This document shows positions 1-8,117 of a DNA stretch of 60,224 nt, piece by piece; position 1 is the first letter of the stretch; every line of letters begins with the position of its first letter. The notes under the pieces are model-generated. The model had not been told where the DNA came from and did not search any database. It saw only the letters and a list, made by a program, of their open reading frames with translations. Position numbers and translations under genes: made by a program. Source of the DNA: Candidatus Methylomirabilia bacterium (GTDB lineage Bacteria > Methylomirabilota > Methylomirabilia > Rokubacteriales > CSP1-6); contig JBGPZD010000002.1 in NCBI GenBank assembly GCA_041493605.1, forward strand, positions 1-60,224, given 5' to 3'.

Positions 1-1628
1 GGGTTGGGCCGGTCGAGCACCACGACCGGGATTCGCCGCCGCGCGCCCTCCTCGAGCACGTACACCAGAGTCGCCAGGTACGTGTAGTAACGGACGCCGA
101 CGTCCTGGATGTCGAAGACCAGCGTGTCGATACCCGCCAGCATCTCGGCCGACGGCCGCCGGTCGGCCCCGTAGAGACTCCACACGGGCAGCCCCGTGGC
201 GGCGTCTCGCCCATTGGGCACGCGCGCGTCGAGGTCACCGTCGAGACCGTGCTCAGGCGAGAACAGCGCCTTGAGCCGCATGCCGGGCGCCGCCGCCAGC
301 AGATCGATCCCGCGCCGGCCCTGAGCGTCCACTCCCGTCTGATTGGTGACGAGCCCGACCGTCCGCCCCGCGAGCAGGGAGAAATTCTCCGCCCTCAACC
401 GATCCAGCCCCGTGCGCGTGGGCCCCGGGCGGGCGGTCCCGCGATCGGCGGCGGGGGCGCCTACGTCACCGCTCAGCGCCGCAACGCGTGGCGCGAGCCC
501 GCCCGGAGCGAACCGCAGCCCGACCGCGGCGCTCACCCGCCGCCGCAGTTCGGCCACCGTGCCCTTGCCGTAGGGATGCACGCGGTTGGTCAGGATGATC
601 AGATAGCCGTGGCTGGCCGGGTCCATCCAGATCGCCGTGCCGGTGAAGCCCGTGTGGCCCACCGAGCCCATTGGAAAATACGAGCCCAGCGTGCGCGAGA
701 ATGGCGAAGCCATGTCCCAGCCGAGGCCGCGCGTGGTCTCACCGATCACCGCCGGGGTGAGCATGGCACGCACCGTGGCTTCCTTGAAATACCGGTGACC
801 CCCGAACGTTCCGCCGTTGAGCAGCATGCGGCAGAATCTCGCCAGGTCGTCGGCCGTGGAGAAGAGCCCCGCGTGGCCGGCCGCGCCGCCCAGCAGGCGG
901 GCGTTGGCGTCGTGGACGACGCCGCGCAGCGGCGGCCCGCCGTTGACGGTTTCGGTCGGCGCGATGCGCCGGCGCCAAGAGTCCGGGGGCCGGAAGGCGG
1001 TGTCGCGCATGCCGAGCGGAGCGTAGAAGCGGCGATGCGTGAAGCGGTCGAGCGGCTCGCCGCTCACCCGGCGCACCAGCTCGGCGAGCAGGATGAAGCC
1101 GGTGTCGCTGTAGAGGAAGGAGGCGCCCGGGGTCGCGGCCAGCCCCGCGCCGGCCAGCAACCGAGCCGCCTCGGGGAACCCGCGGACCATGGTCTCGCGG
1201 GCCGGAAGATCGGGCAGCCCCGCCGAGTGGGTGAGCACGCGCCGCGCCGTCACATCGGCCCAGGCGGGCCCGTCGAACTCCTTGAGGTAGCGGCCGAGCG
1301 GCGCGTCCAGGTCCACGCGCCCCTGCTCCCAGAGGGCCAGCACGGCGGGAGCGGTCGCGACGACCTTGGTGAGCGAGGCAACGTCGAAGATCGTGTCCGG
1401 AGTCATCGGCTCCATGGCCGGGACCAGCGCGCGCGCGCCCGTGGCCTTCCTGTAGAGCACGTGGTCGCGCTGGCCCACCAGGATGACCGCACCCGGGATC
1501 TCCCCCGCTCCGACGGCGTCCCGGGCCGCTTCGTCGAGCGCCGCCCAGGTCGGGGGCGGGCTCTGGCCGCGGGCGGGCGCCGACACGGCAAAGACCGCGA
1601 GGATCGCGAGGGCGACGAGCCGCCGCAT
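1..1628 (-). CDS. Secreted serine hydrolase (beta-lactamase/PBP fold) fused to a DUF1343/NamZ-like exo-MurNAc-ase domain; C-terminus truncated by the window edge
   Basis: Absent from the ORF track because it has no stop in the window. My minus-strand translation from ATG 1626-1628 gives MRRLVALAILAVFAVSAPARG (signal peptide), FDVASLTKVV (SxxK), YSDTG and GHTGFTGT boxes. It continues with TGLDRL..LVTNQTGVD..FSPEHG..LVFDIQDVGVRYYTYL..VVLDRPNP, typical of DUF1343. The frame stays open to position 1. Confidence 0.8.
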   Translation of the reverse strand, partial: MRRLVALAILAVFAVSAPARGQSPPPTWAALDEAARDAVGAGEIPGAVILVGQRDHVLYRKATGARALVPAMEPMTPDTIFDVASLTKVVATAPAVLALWEQGRVDLDAPLGRYLKEFDGPAWADVTARRVLTHSAGLPDLPARETMVRGFPEAARLLAGAGLAATPGASFLYSDTGFILLAELVRRVSGEPLDRFTHRRFYAPLGMRDTAFRPPDSWRRRIAPTETVNGGPPLRGVVHDANARLLGGAAGHAGLFSTADDLARFCRMLLNGGTFGGHRYFKEATVRAMLTPAVIGETTRGLGWDMASPFSRTLGSYFPMGSVGHTGFTGTAIWMDPASHGYLIILTNRVHPYGKGTVAELRRRVSAAVGLRFAPGGLAPRVAALSGDVGAPAADRGTARPGPTRTGLDRLRAENFSLLAGRTVGLVTNQTGVDAQGRRGIDLLAAAPGMRLKALFSPEHGLDGDLDARVPNGRDAATGLPVWSLYGADRRPSAEMLAGIDTLVFDIQDVGVRYYTYLATLVYVLEEGARRRIPVVVLDRPN

Positions 1629-1682
1629 GGCTCCATGATACCGGGCCCGCCGCGGCCGGCCCGAGAAAATCGTCGGCGGGCG

Positions 1683-1691
1683 TGCTACGAT
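1683..1691 (+). promoter_or_regulatory. Extended -10-like box TGcTACGAT, 9 nt upstream of ATG 1701
   Basis: Read directly from the sequence. No SD lies between the box and the ATG. The same GTGCTAC(G/A)AT string recurs at 56861-56870. Confidence 0.35.
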
Positions 1692-1700
1692 CCCACCGTC

Positions 1701-2603
1701 ATGCAGCGCGCGTTCGTCACGGGCGCCACCGGTTTCGTCGGCCGCAACCTCATCCGCGCCCTCGTCGCCAACGGCTTCCTCGTCCGCTGCCTCGTGCGAC
1801 CGGGCTCGGAGCGGGACCTCCAGGGCTTCGAATCCATCGACCGGGTGCCCGGCGACGTGCTCCAACCCGACGGCCTGGTGGCCAGCGTCGAGGGCTGCGC
1901 CGCCGTCATCCATCTGGTCGGCATCATCCGCGAGCGCCCGATGCGCGGTGTGACCTTCGAGCGGCTGCACACCCAGGCCACCGCCAATATGCTCGACGTG
2001 GCCCGGCGCGCTGGGGCGAAGCGCTTCCTACAGATGAGCGCGCTCGGCACGCGGCCCGGCGCGCGCTCGCGCTACCACGCGACCAAATGGCAGGCCGAGG
2101 AGGCCGTGCGCGCGAGCGGGCTGGACTGGACCATCTTCCGCCCGTCCATCATCTTCGGGCCGGGCGACGAATTCGTCTCGATGCTCGCGCGCATGATCGG
2201 CCGCCTGCCGGCCGTGCCCGTGCTGGGCGATGGACAGTACCGTCTCCAGCCCATCCCCGTGGCACAGGTGGCCGAGGGGTTCGCGCGGGCGCTGCGAAGC
2301 CCCGCCGGCGTCGGGCAGACCTACGAGGTCGGCGGACCCGCCGCGTACCGCTTCGTCGAGATTCTGGACGCGATCGGGGCCGCCGTCGGCCACCCGCACG
2401 TCCGCAAAGTCCACGTACCGCTGGGCTTGGTGAAGCTGATGACGCGGGCGCTCGGCTGGCTGCCGCTCTACCCCGTGAGCATGGATCAGATCCGCATGCT
2501 CGAAGAGGAGAGCGTAACCGACCCCAGCCGATTCTTTGCGGACTTCGGAATCACGCCCCAGCCCCTGGCCGAAGGGCTGCGGCGGATGTTCCCGGGCGCA
2601 TGA
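1701..2603 (+). CDS. NAD(P)-binding epimerase/dehydratase family protein (NDUFA9 / complex I 39 kDa-like)
   Basis: Last 300 aa of ORF 249..2603, from MQRAFVTGATGFVGRNL (Rossmann GxxGxxG), with YHATK (YxxxK). The upstream 484 codons are Arg/Gly/Ala-rich antisense of the hydrolase gene. Confidence 0.85.
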   Translation: MQRAFVTGATGFVGRNLIRALVANGFLVRCLVRPGSERDLQGFESIDRVPGDVLQPDGLVASVEGCAAVIHLVGIIRERPMRGVTFERLHTQATANMLDVARRAGAKRFLQMSALGTRPGARSRYHATKWQAEEAVRASGLDWTIFRPSIIFGPGDEFVSMLARMIGRLPAVPVLGDGQYRLQPIPVAQVAEGFARALRSPAGVGQTYEVGGPAAYRFVEILDAIGAAVGHPHVRKVHVPLGLVKLMTRALGWLPLYPVSMDQIRMLEEESVTDPSRFFADFGITPQPLAEGLRRMFPGA

Positions 2604-3067
2604 GCGCGGAGCCCCAGCTCGGCGCCTTCCGGCACCAGCACGACGACCCGCGCGGGCTCATCGAGCGCATCGAGGCCCAGCTCCGTGAGCGCATCGCGGA
2701 GGCGGTGGAGATGGCCGGGCTCAAGCTGATGGTCGACCTGCGGGAGCGTGCCGGCCGGCCCGCGCCCGAGACGACCAGCGAGGCGGACCGCCGGGAATTC
2801 CTCGACACCGCGGCGGCGCTGCTCCGCCATCTCCGCGATGCGTTCCATGCCGGGTTGCCGCCGGCAGAGCGCGCCGCGCTCGAAGCCGCCGAGGCAGCGG
2901 CCGCCGACCCGCAGGACCGCGTGCTCGCCGGCCAGGTCTTCCTCGCCCGCCAGCTGCCCGATTACTGGCAGCGCTTCGAGTCGTACCGCGCGGCCTATTT
3001 CGCGGCCCGCCTGAGCGCCCCGGCCCCGCGGGCCGGCTGGCTCCGGCGCCTTCTCGGCCGCCCCTAG
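2600..3067 (+). CDS. Hypothetical protein (155 aa, helical, Ala/Arg/Glu-rich)
   Basis: Tail of ORF 1682..3067 starting MSAEPQLGAF. Its ATG overlaps the upstream stop (ATGA at 2600-2603), suggesting translational coupling. No recognisable domain. Confidence 0.5.
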   Translation: MSAEPQLGAFRHQHDDPRGLIERIEAQLRERIAEAVEMAGLKLMVDLRERAGRPAPETTSEADRREFLDTAAALLRHLRDAFHAGLPPAERAALEAAEAAAADPQDRVLAGQVFLARQLPDYWQRFESYRAAYFAARLSAPAPRAGWLRRLLGRP

Positions 3068-3071
3068 CGCG

Positions 3072-3350
3072 CTAGGCCGCCCGGCGCTTCGGCTCGGGGG
3101 GGCCGTCCTTCTCCAGCTCGGCCACGGCCCAGAGATCCTCGCACTCCTCGAGGGCCTGCTCCCACTCGGCATAGCGCGCCAGGAGGACCGCGCGCAGCGC
3201 CGCCACGCGGGACTCGGACTGCTCGATGTGGGATCGCAGTTCGGGGTGATGGCTCGCCGTCGCGCCGACCGTGCCCGGAAGGGTCGCGGCGGCGATGCGG
3301 TCCACCAGTCGATTCAGCTCGTCCTCCAGCAAACGCTCCAGCCGGTTCAT
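3072..3350 (-). CDS. Hypothetical small coiled-coil protein (92 aa), divergent from chrB
   Basis: ORF 3072..3386, trimmed to MNRLERLLEDE at ATG 3348-3350. This start is preceded by AAGGAGG (minus strand, 3357-3363) with a 6-nt spacer. Confidence 0.55.
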   Translation of the reverse strand: MNRLERLLEDELNRLVDRIAAATLPGTVGATASHHPELRSHIEQSESRVAALRAVLLARYAEWEQALEECEDLWAVAELEKDGPPEPKRRAA

Positions 3351-3370
3351 GCGGCACCTCCTTGGGTCCT

Positions 3371-3404
3371 TATATACTAAACACATGAGGAGTTACCGAG
3401 TCAA
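3371..3404 (-). promoter_or_regulatory. Possible promoter for the divergent small gene 3072..3350
   Basis: Minus strand carries TTGACT (3399-3404) and a TAGTATATA block (3371-3379). Spacing is 17-19 nt depending on the hexamer chosen. The region is locally AT-rich. Confidence 0.3.
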
Positions 3405-3424
3405 GCCCGGCCGGCCCTTTGGCC

Positions 3425-3453
3425 TTGACACGGTGAAACAGTGGACGTATAGT
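3425..3453 (+). promoter_or_regulatory. Sigma-70-type promoter of chrB (TTGACA-17 nt-TATAGT), probably giving a leaderless mRNA
   Basis: TTGACA at 3425-3430, a 17-nt spacer, TATAGT at 3448-3453. The ATG at 3462 is only 8 nt downstream and has no SD. Confidence 0.6.
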
Positions 3454-3461
3454 CGCAACAC

Positions 3462-4388
3462 ATGTTACAGACCTGGCTGCTGCTGCTCCTGAGCCTGCCT
3501 CCCCGGCCTTCGAGCCTGCGCGTGCGCGCGTGGCGCCGACTGCGCGCCCTGGGCGCCGTGCCGCTCAGGAGCTCGGCGTATCTCCTGCCCCACTCGCCGG
3601 ACCGCTACGAGCAGTTCCAGTGGCTCGCCCAGGAGATCCAGAAGGACGGCGGCGAGGCGACCCTGCTCAAGGTGGACCGAATCGAGAACATGAAGCAGGC
3701 GGACGTGATCCGCCTCTTCCAGGACGCGCGCAACGCCGATTACGCCGCGCTGACCGAGCGCTACCGGCGGCTGCTCAAGGGACGCCGGCCTCGGCTCGCC
3801 GAGGAGTTGAGCCGGCTCGCTCGGGAGACCGACCGCCTGGCCGACATCGACTTCTTCGACGCGCCGGCCAAGCGCGACGTCCAGCGCGCTCGCGAGACCG
3901 TCGAGATGCGCACGGCGGCTCCGCGGGAGCGCCCGGGCCAGCGCCCGCCGCTCCTCGACCTGGGGGCGCTCAAGGGCCGGCGCTGGGCCACCCGCCCCCG
4001 CCCCCACGTGGACCGCATCGCCTCGGCGTGGCTCATCAAGCGCTTCATCGACGCCGGCGCCGAGTTCCTCTTCGCGCCGGCCGAGGACATCCCGGCCGCC
4101 GCTATCGCCTTCGACGTCGCCGGCGCCGAGTTCGGTCACCACGGAGAGGATTGCACCTTCGAGACCCTGCTGCGCCGGTCCGGGCTGCGCGACCGGAAGC
4201 TCTCGGCCATCGCCGAGATCGTCCACGAGGCCGACCTGCGCGACCAAAAGTACGCGCGCGACGAGGCGCGCGGACTCGACCTGGCGCTGCGCGGGCTGCT
4301 CAGCGCCATCAAGGATGACCATGAGGCGCTCGCCTACGGCATGACCCTGTTCGACGGACTGTACGCGACCATCGGAGAGAAGCCGTGA
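3462..4388 (+). CDS. chrB: Chromate resistance regulator-like protein ChrB (N- and C-terminal ChrB domains)
   Basis: 308 aa. N-terminus WLLLLLSLPPRPSSLRVRAWRRLRALGAV is ChrB_N-like. C-terminus WATRPRPHVDRIASAWLIKRFID..FGHHGEDCTFE is ChrB_C-like. The stop overlaps the chrA GTG start (GTGA at 4385-4388). Confidence 0.85.
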   Translation: MLQTWLLLLLSLPPRPSSLRVRAWRRLRALGAVPLRSSAYLLPHSPDRYEQFQWLAQEIQKDGGEATLLKVDRIENMKQADVIRLFQDARNADYAALTERYRRLLKGRRPRLAEELSRLARETDRLADIDFFDAPAKRDVQRARETVEMRTAAPRERPGQRPPLLDLGALKGRRWATRPRPHVDRIASAWLIKRFIDAGAEFLFAPAEDIPAAAIAFDVAGAEFGHHGEDCTFETLLRRSGLRDRKLSAIAEIVHEADLRDQKYARDEARGLDLALRGLLSAIKDDHEALAYGMTLFDGLYATIGEKP

Positions 4389-5548
4389 GCGCGGGCCGGA
4401 CCACGTGGGGGCTGGTGCGCTACTTCCTTTACCTCGGCAGCCTGGGCTTCGGCGGCCCGGCGGCGCTGCTCGGTGCCATGCAGCGCGATCTCGTGGAGCG
4501 CCGCGGCTGGTTCACCAAGGAGGAATACCTCAAGGGGCTCGCCCTCTCCCAGCTGGCGCCCGGCCCGCTGGCCGCCCAGCTCGCCATCTGTCTGGGCTAT
4601 GTCCATGGCCACGTGGCGGGAGCGACCCTGATCGGCCTCGCCTTCGTCCTGCCGTCATTCTTGATGACCGTGGCCCTCGGCGCCCTCTATGTGGCCTATG
4701 GCGGGCTCACCTGGATGCAGGCGGCCTTCTACGGCGTCGGCGCCGCGGTGATCGGCATCATCGTGCGCTCGGCCTGGAAGCTCATCCGGATGACGGTCGG
4801 CCAGGACCGGCTGCTCTGGACTGTGTCGGCCGTGATGGCCGTGGTCACCGCCTGGACCGAGTCCGAGATCGGCTCGCTCTTCATCCTGTGCGGGGTCTTC
4901 ACGCTGTTGCTCCAGGCGCCGCCGCGCCGGCTGCTCGGCTGGGCGGGCTCGAGAAAGAATCTGCTCGGCGCCGCGGTGCCCGCGGTCTGGATCACCGGGT
5001 TGGGCGCGCCCGCCACGCCGGCGCTGCTCGGCGAGATTCTCTGGTACTTCACCAAGGCCGGCGCCTTCGTCTTCGGCAGCGGGCTCGCGATCGTGCCGTT
5101 TCTCTACGGGGGCGTGGTCCAGGAGTATCACTGGCTCAACGACAAGCAGTTCGTCGACGCGGTGGCCGTGGCCATGCTGACGCCCGGCCCCGTGGTGATC
5201 ACCGTGGCGTTCATCGGCTACCTGGTGGCGGGCTTCGGCGGGGCCACCATGGCCGCCATCGGCGTTTTCCTGCCGGTCTACTTCTTCGTGGTCATTCCCT
5301 ACCCCTGGTTCGACCGGTTCAGCGAAAACCCACAGGTCAAGGCGTTCGTCAAGGGCGTGACCGCGGCAGCCGTCGGCGCCATCGCCGGCGCCTGCTTCGT
5401 CTTGGGGCGCCGCGCCGTGTTCGACGTGCCGACGGCGCTCATCGCCGCGGCCGCTCTGGGCCTCCTCTGGCGCTTCAAGGTGCCCGAGCCGATTCTCATC
5501 GCCGCAGCGGGCGCGGCGGGGCTGCTGATCTTTTGGTTGCGAGGTTGA
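4385..5548 (+). CDS. chrA: Chromate ion transporter (CHR family)
   Basis: 387 aa polytopic protein. LGSLGFGGPAALLGAMQRDLVERRGW in the first half and LTPGPVVITVAFIGY in the second half fit the two-repeat CHR architecture. Confidence 0.9.
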   Translation: MSAGRTTWGLVRYFLYLGSLGFGGPAALLGAMQRDLVERRGWFTKEEYLKGLALSQLAPGPLAAQLAICLGYVHGHVAGATLIGLAFVLPSFLMTVALGALYVAYGGLTWMQAAFYGVGAAVIGIIVRSAWKLIRMTVGQDRLLWTVSAVMAVVTAWTESEIGSLFILCGVFTLLLQAPPRRLLGWAGSRKNLLGAAVPAVWITGLGAPATPALLGEILWYFTKAGAFVFGSGLAIVPFLYGGVVQEYHWLNDKQFVDAVAVAMLTPGPVVITVAFIGYLVAGFGGATMAAIGVFLPVYFFVVIPYPWFDRFSENPQVKAFVKGVTAAAVGAIAGACFVLGRRAVFDVPTALIAAAALGLLWRFKVPEPILIAAAGAAGLLIFWLRG

Positions 5549-5550
5549 CC

Positions 5551-6138
5551 ATGCGCTGGCTGCTCGTGACTGGAGCGCTCGTCGCGGCCGTCGGAGTCGT
5601 GGCGGCCCAGACCGAGGGCGCCTGGCTCATGGGGGCCACGGGGCGCGGCACCGCTCGCTGGACCCAGGACGGCGCTGCGCTCGCCTACCGCGGCGGGGCG
5701 ACCTTCGGCTGGGCGGTACTCAAGGGCACGTCGATCCGCGACGGCTCGGTCGAGGTGCGCTTCAAGCCCATCGAGGGGCGCGAGGACCGCGCGGGCGGCG
5801 TGGTGTGGCGATGGCAGGACGCGAACAACTATTACGTCGCCCGGGCCAACGCCCTCGAGGATAACCTCGTCGCCTACAAGGTTGTCGCCGGCCGGCGCAC
5901 TGATCTGGCCCCGCTGAGCGCTCCGCGGGGGACCTACGGGATGAAGGTGCCCGTGGCGTCCGGGACCTGGCACACGCTGCGAGTGGATTTCTCCGGATCC
6001 GACTTTGCAATCACCTTCGACGGCCGCCGGCTCTTCGTCGTGCGCGACGACACCTTCGCCGCGGCGGGTGGGGTCGGCGTCTGGTCGAAGGCCGACAGCG
6101 TCACCGAATTCCAACGCTTCGAACACTCAGGGAGCTGA
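5551..6138 (+). CDS. Secreted protein with ConA-like/LamG (DUF1080-like) jelly-roll domain
   Basis: Tail of ORF 4405..6138 from MRWLLVTGALVAAVGVVAAQ (signal peptide). GGVVWRWQDANNYYVARA..GTWHTLRVDFSG..FDGRRLF..GGVGVWSK..EFQRFE matches the usual DUF1080/LamG pattern. Starts 2 nt after the chrA stop. Confidence 0.55.
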   Translation: MRWLLVTGALVAAVGVVAAQTEGAWLMGATGRGTARWTQDGAALAYRGGATFGWAVLKGTSIRDGSVEVRFKPIEGREDRAGGVVWRWQDANNYYVARANALEDNLVAYKVVAGRRTDLAPLSAPRGTYGMKVPVASGTWHTLRVDFSGSDFAITFDGRRLFVVRDDTFAAAGGVGVWSKADSVTEFQRFEHSGS

Positions 6139-6140
6139 GC

Positions 6141-6539
6141 ATGGAACGGACAATCCTGTTCGTCTGTCTGCACGGCGCGGCCAAGAGCGTGCTGGCCGCC
6201 GCCGACTTCCAGCGCCTCGCGGCCGAGCGCGGCCTCGCGGTCCGCGCCGCGTCCGCGGGCACGGAGCCGGACCCCGAGATCGCTCCCGCCGTCGTCCAGG
6301 CGCTGAACGCCGACGGCGTGAATCTTGGCGGCCAGAAACCACGCCAAGTGGCCCGCGAGGACGTGGCCGGCGCCTGGCGCGTCGTGGCGTTTGGCTGCGA
6401 TCTAAGCGGCGCCGCCGTCCCGGGCATCCCCGTCGAGCAGTGGAACGAGATCCCCGCGGTGAGCGACGGCCTGCCCGCCGCGCGAAAGGCGATCAGACAG
6501 CGCCTGGAGCGGCTGCTCGAGGAGGTGGCCACGCCATGA
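6141..6539 (+). CDS. Low-molecular-weight phosphatase / ArsC-like fold protein with atypical P-loop (CX5K)
   Basis: 132 aa. N-terminus ILFVCLHGAAKSVLAA aligns with the LMW-PTP/ArsC P-loop V-C-x-G-N-x-C-R-S, but has Lys where the catalytic Arg is expected. Starts 2 nt after the previous stop. Confidence 0.6.
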   Translation: MERTILFVCLHGAAKSVLAAADFQRLAAERGLAVRAASAGTEPDPEIAPAVVQALNADGVNLGGQKPRQVAREDVAGAWRVVAFGCDLSGAAVPGIPVEQWNEIPAVSDGLPAARKAIRQRLERLLEEVATP

Positions 6540-6970
6540 AGTGGGTGACCCGACGCAAGGCCCGCGTGGACCGCATCGCCTGCCCCTGGCTGATCCGGCG
6601 CTTCATCGATCCGGCGGCCGAGTTCCTCTTCGTCCCCGACAGCGAGGTGACGGAGACGGCGCGCCGCGAAGGCGCCGTCCCCTTCGACGTACCCGGCGCG
6701 GAGCTGGGGCATCACGGCGACCAGTGTTCCTTCGACGCCTTCCTCGACAAGTACAAGCTCGCCGACCCGGCGCTCACCGCGCTGGCCCGCATCGTGCGCG
6801 GGGCCGACACCGACGCGCGGGACATCGCCAAGGAGGCCTGGGGACTCTACGCCGTGGCCAGCGGCTTCCGCGAGATCAGCCGCGACGACCACGAGAACAT
6901 GGCGCGCCAGTTTCCGGTCTATGACGCGCTCTACGCCTACTGCCGCGCCGTGCGGGCCCATGGCGCGTAA
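6536..6970 (+). CDS. Stand-alone ChrB C-terminal domain protein (chromate resistance family)
   Basis: Tail of ORF 6005..6970 from MKWVTRRKARVDRIACPWLIRRFIDPAAEFLF..LGHHGDQCSFD. It is paralogous to the C-terminal half of ChrB (3462..4388). ATGA overlap with the upstream stop. Confidence 0.8.
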   Translation: MKWVTRRKARVDRIACPWLIRRFIDPAAEFLFVPDSEVTETARREGAVPFDVPGAELGHHGDQCSFDAFLDKYKLADPALTALARIVRGADTDARDIAKEAWGLYAVASGFREISRDDHENMARQFPVYDALYAYCRAVRAHGA

Positions 6971-8111
6971 CGGCCGCCTGGTCTTCGTCGCGAAGACCGC
7001 CCGGACCTTCTGCTACGGTTTTCTCGGCGTGCTGCTGCCCGTCTACCTCACGGAGCTCGGGCTCAGCGCGACGGAGCTTGGGATCGCGATAACCCTGACT
7101 CTCTTGGCCAGCGCGGCCATGACCTGGGCGGTCCGCCGGCCCGCGGAGCGCTGGGGCCCGCGCGCGGCGCTGCTGGCCCAGGCCGTGCTGATCCTGGCCT
7201 CGGCCATTCTCTTCCTCTCCACGCGCGAGCCCTGGCTGGTGGTGCTGGCGGCCATGCTCGGCAATCTGGCGGTGGGAACGGGCGAAACGGGACCCTTCCT
7301 CGCCCTCGAACAGGTGATCGTCACCCGCGCCGCGCCGCGCGCGGGGCTGACCCGCGTTCTGAGCCTCTACAACCTGGCCGGCTACGGCTCCTCGGCGATC
7401 GGCGCCGCGATGGTGGGGCGTGCGGGCGGCTCGCCGTCGATCCTCTTCGCCCTCTTCCTATTGAGTGGGCTGGTCCAGATGGCGGCCTACGCACTGATGC
7501 GCCCTGAGCCGCCGCCCACGCCAGCCACTCGCGCGAGCGCGGGCATGCCCTCCCGCCCGCTGATCCGCCGGCTGGCGGCGCTCTTCGCCCTTGATTCGCT
7601 GGCGGGCGGCTTCGTGCTCCAGAGCCTCATCGCCTACTGGTTCTACACGCGCTTCGGGATGGACCTTGAAACTCTCGGCTGGATCTTCTTCGGCGCCCAG
7701 ATCCTCTCCGGCCTCTCCTTCCTGCTGGCGGCGCGCGCAGCGCCGCGCCTGGGGCTGGTCAATACCATGGTCTTCTCGCACCTCATCTCCAATGTGCTTT
7801 TGATGGGCATGGCGCTGGCGCCGACGGCGGGGCTGGCCGTGGCCTGCCTGCTGGCCCGCCACCTGCTCTCCCAGATGGACGTGCCGACACGCCAATCCTT
7901 CCTCATGCTGGCCGTGGAGGACCACGAGCGCGAGAGCGCGGCGAGCCTGACCAATATGAGCCGCACGTTCGCCCAGTCCATGACGCCCGCCGTCACCGGC
8001 TGGATCATGCAGGGCGTGTCGCTGGCGGCGCCCTTTTATCTAGGCGGCGGGCTCAAGATCGTCTACGACCTGCTGCTCTACAGAACCATCCGCCACGTGC
8101 GGACCCGCTAG
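6960..8111 (+). CDS. MFS transporter
   Basis: ORF 6921..8111; the likely start MARNGRLVF is at 6960. About 12 hydrophobic segments and an MFS-like loop VRRPAERWGPR. Confidence 0.75.
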   Translation: MARNGRLVFVAKTARTFCYGFLGVLLPVYLTELGLSATELGIAITLTLLASAAMTWAVRRPAERWGPRAALLAQAVLILASAILFLSTREPWLVVLAAMLGNLAVGTGETGPFLALEQVIVTRAAPRAGLTRVLSLYNLAGYGSSAIGAAMVGRAGGSPSILFALFLLSGLVQMAAYALMRPEPPPTPATRASAGMPSRPLIRRLAALFALDSLAGGFVLQSLIAYWFYTRFGMDLETLGWIFFGAQILSGLSFLLAARAAPRLGLVNTMVFSHLISNVLLMGMALAPTAGLAVACLLARHLLSQMDVPTRQSFLMLAVEDHERESAASLTNMSRTFAQSMTPAVTGWIMQGVSLAAPFYLGGGLKIVYDLLLYRTIRHVRTR

Positions 8112-8117
8112 CGAGCC

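Noticed and set aside
249-1700. N-terminal 484 codons of the 784-aa ORF 249..2603, plus other long ORFs on the opposite strand of real genes (for example 23067..26195 at 1042 aa, 13379..15304, 41303..43330, 47868..49724, 10238..11788, 35566..37188, 44841..46235).
   Set aside because: Their translations are Arg/Gly/Ala/Pro/His-rich low-complexity sequence with no motifs. They lie antisense to, or out of frame with, genes that have clear family signatures. Such stop-poor antisense frames are expected in roughly 70% GC DNA.
3063-3076. Perfect 14-nt palindrome CCTAGCGCGCTAGG containing the TAG stops of two convergent genes.
   Set aside because: It is real in the sequence but too short to fold stably (the loop would be 0-2 nt). 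It is most simply a by-product of two abutting stop codons. It is recorded as a curiosity, not as a terminator.
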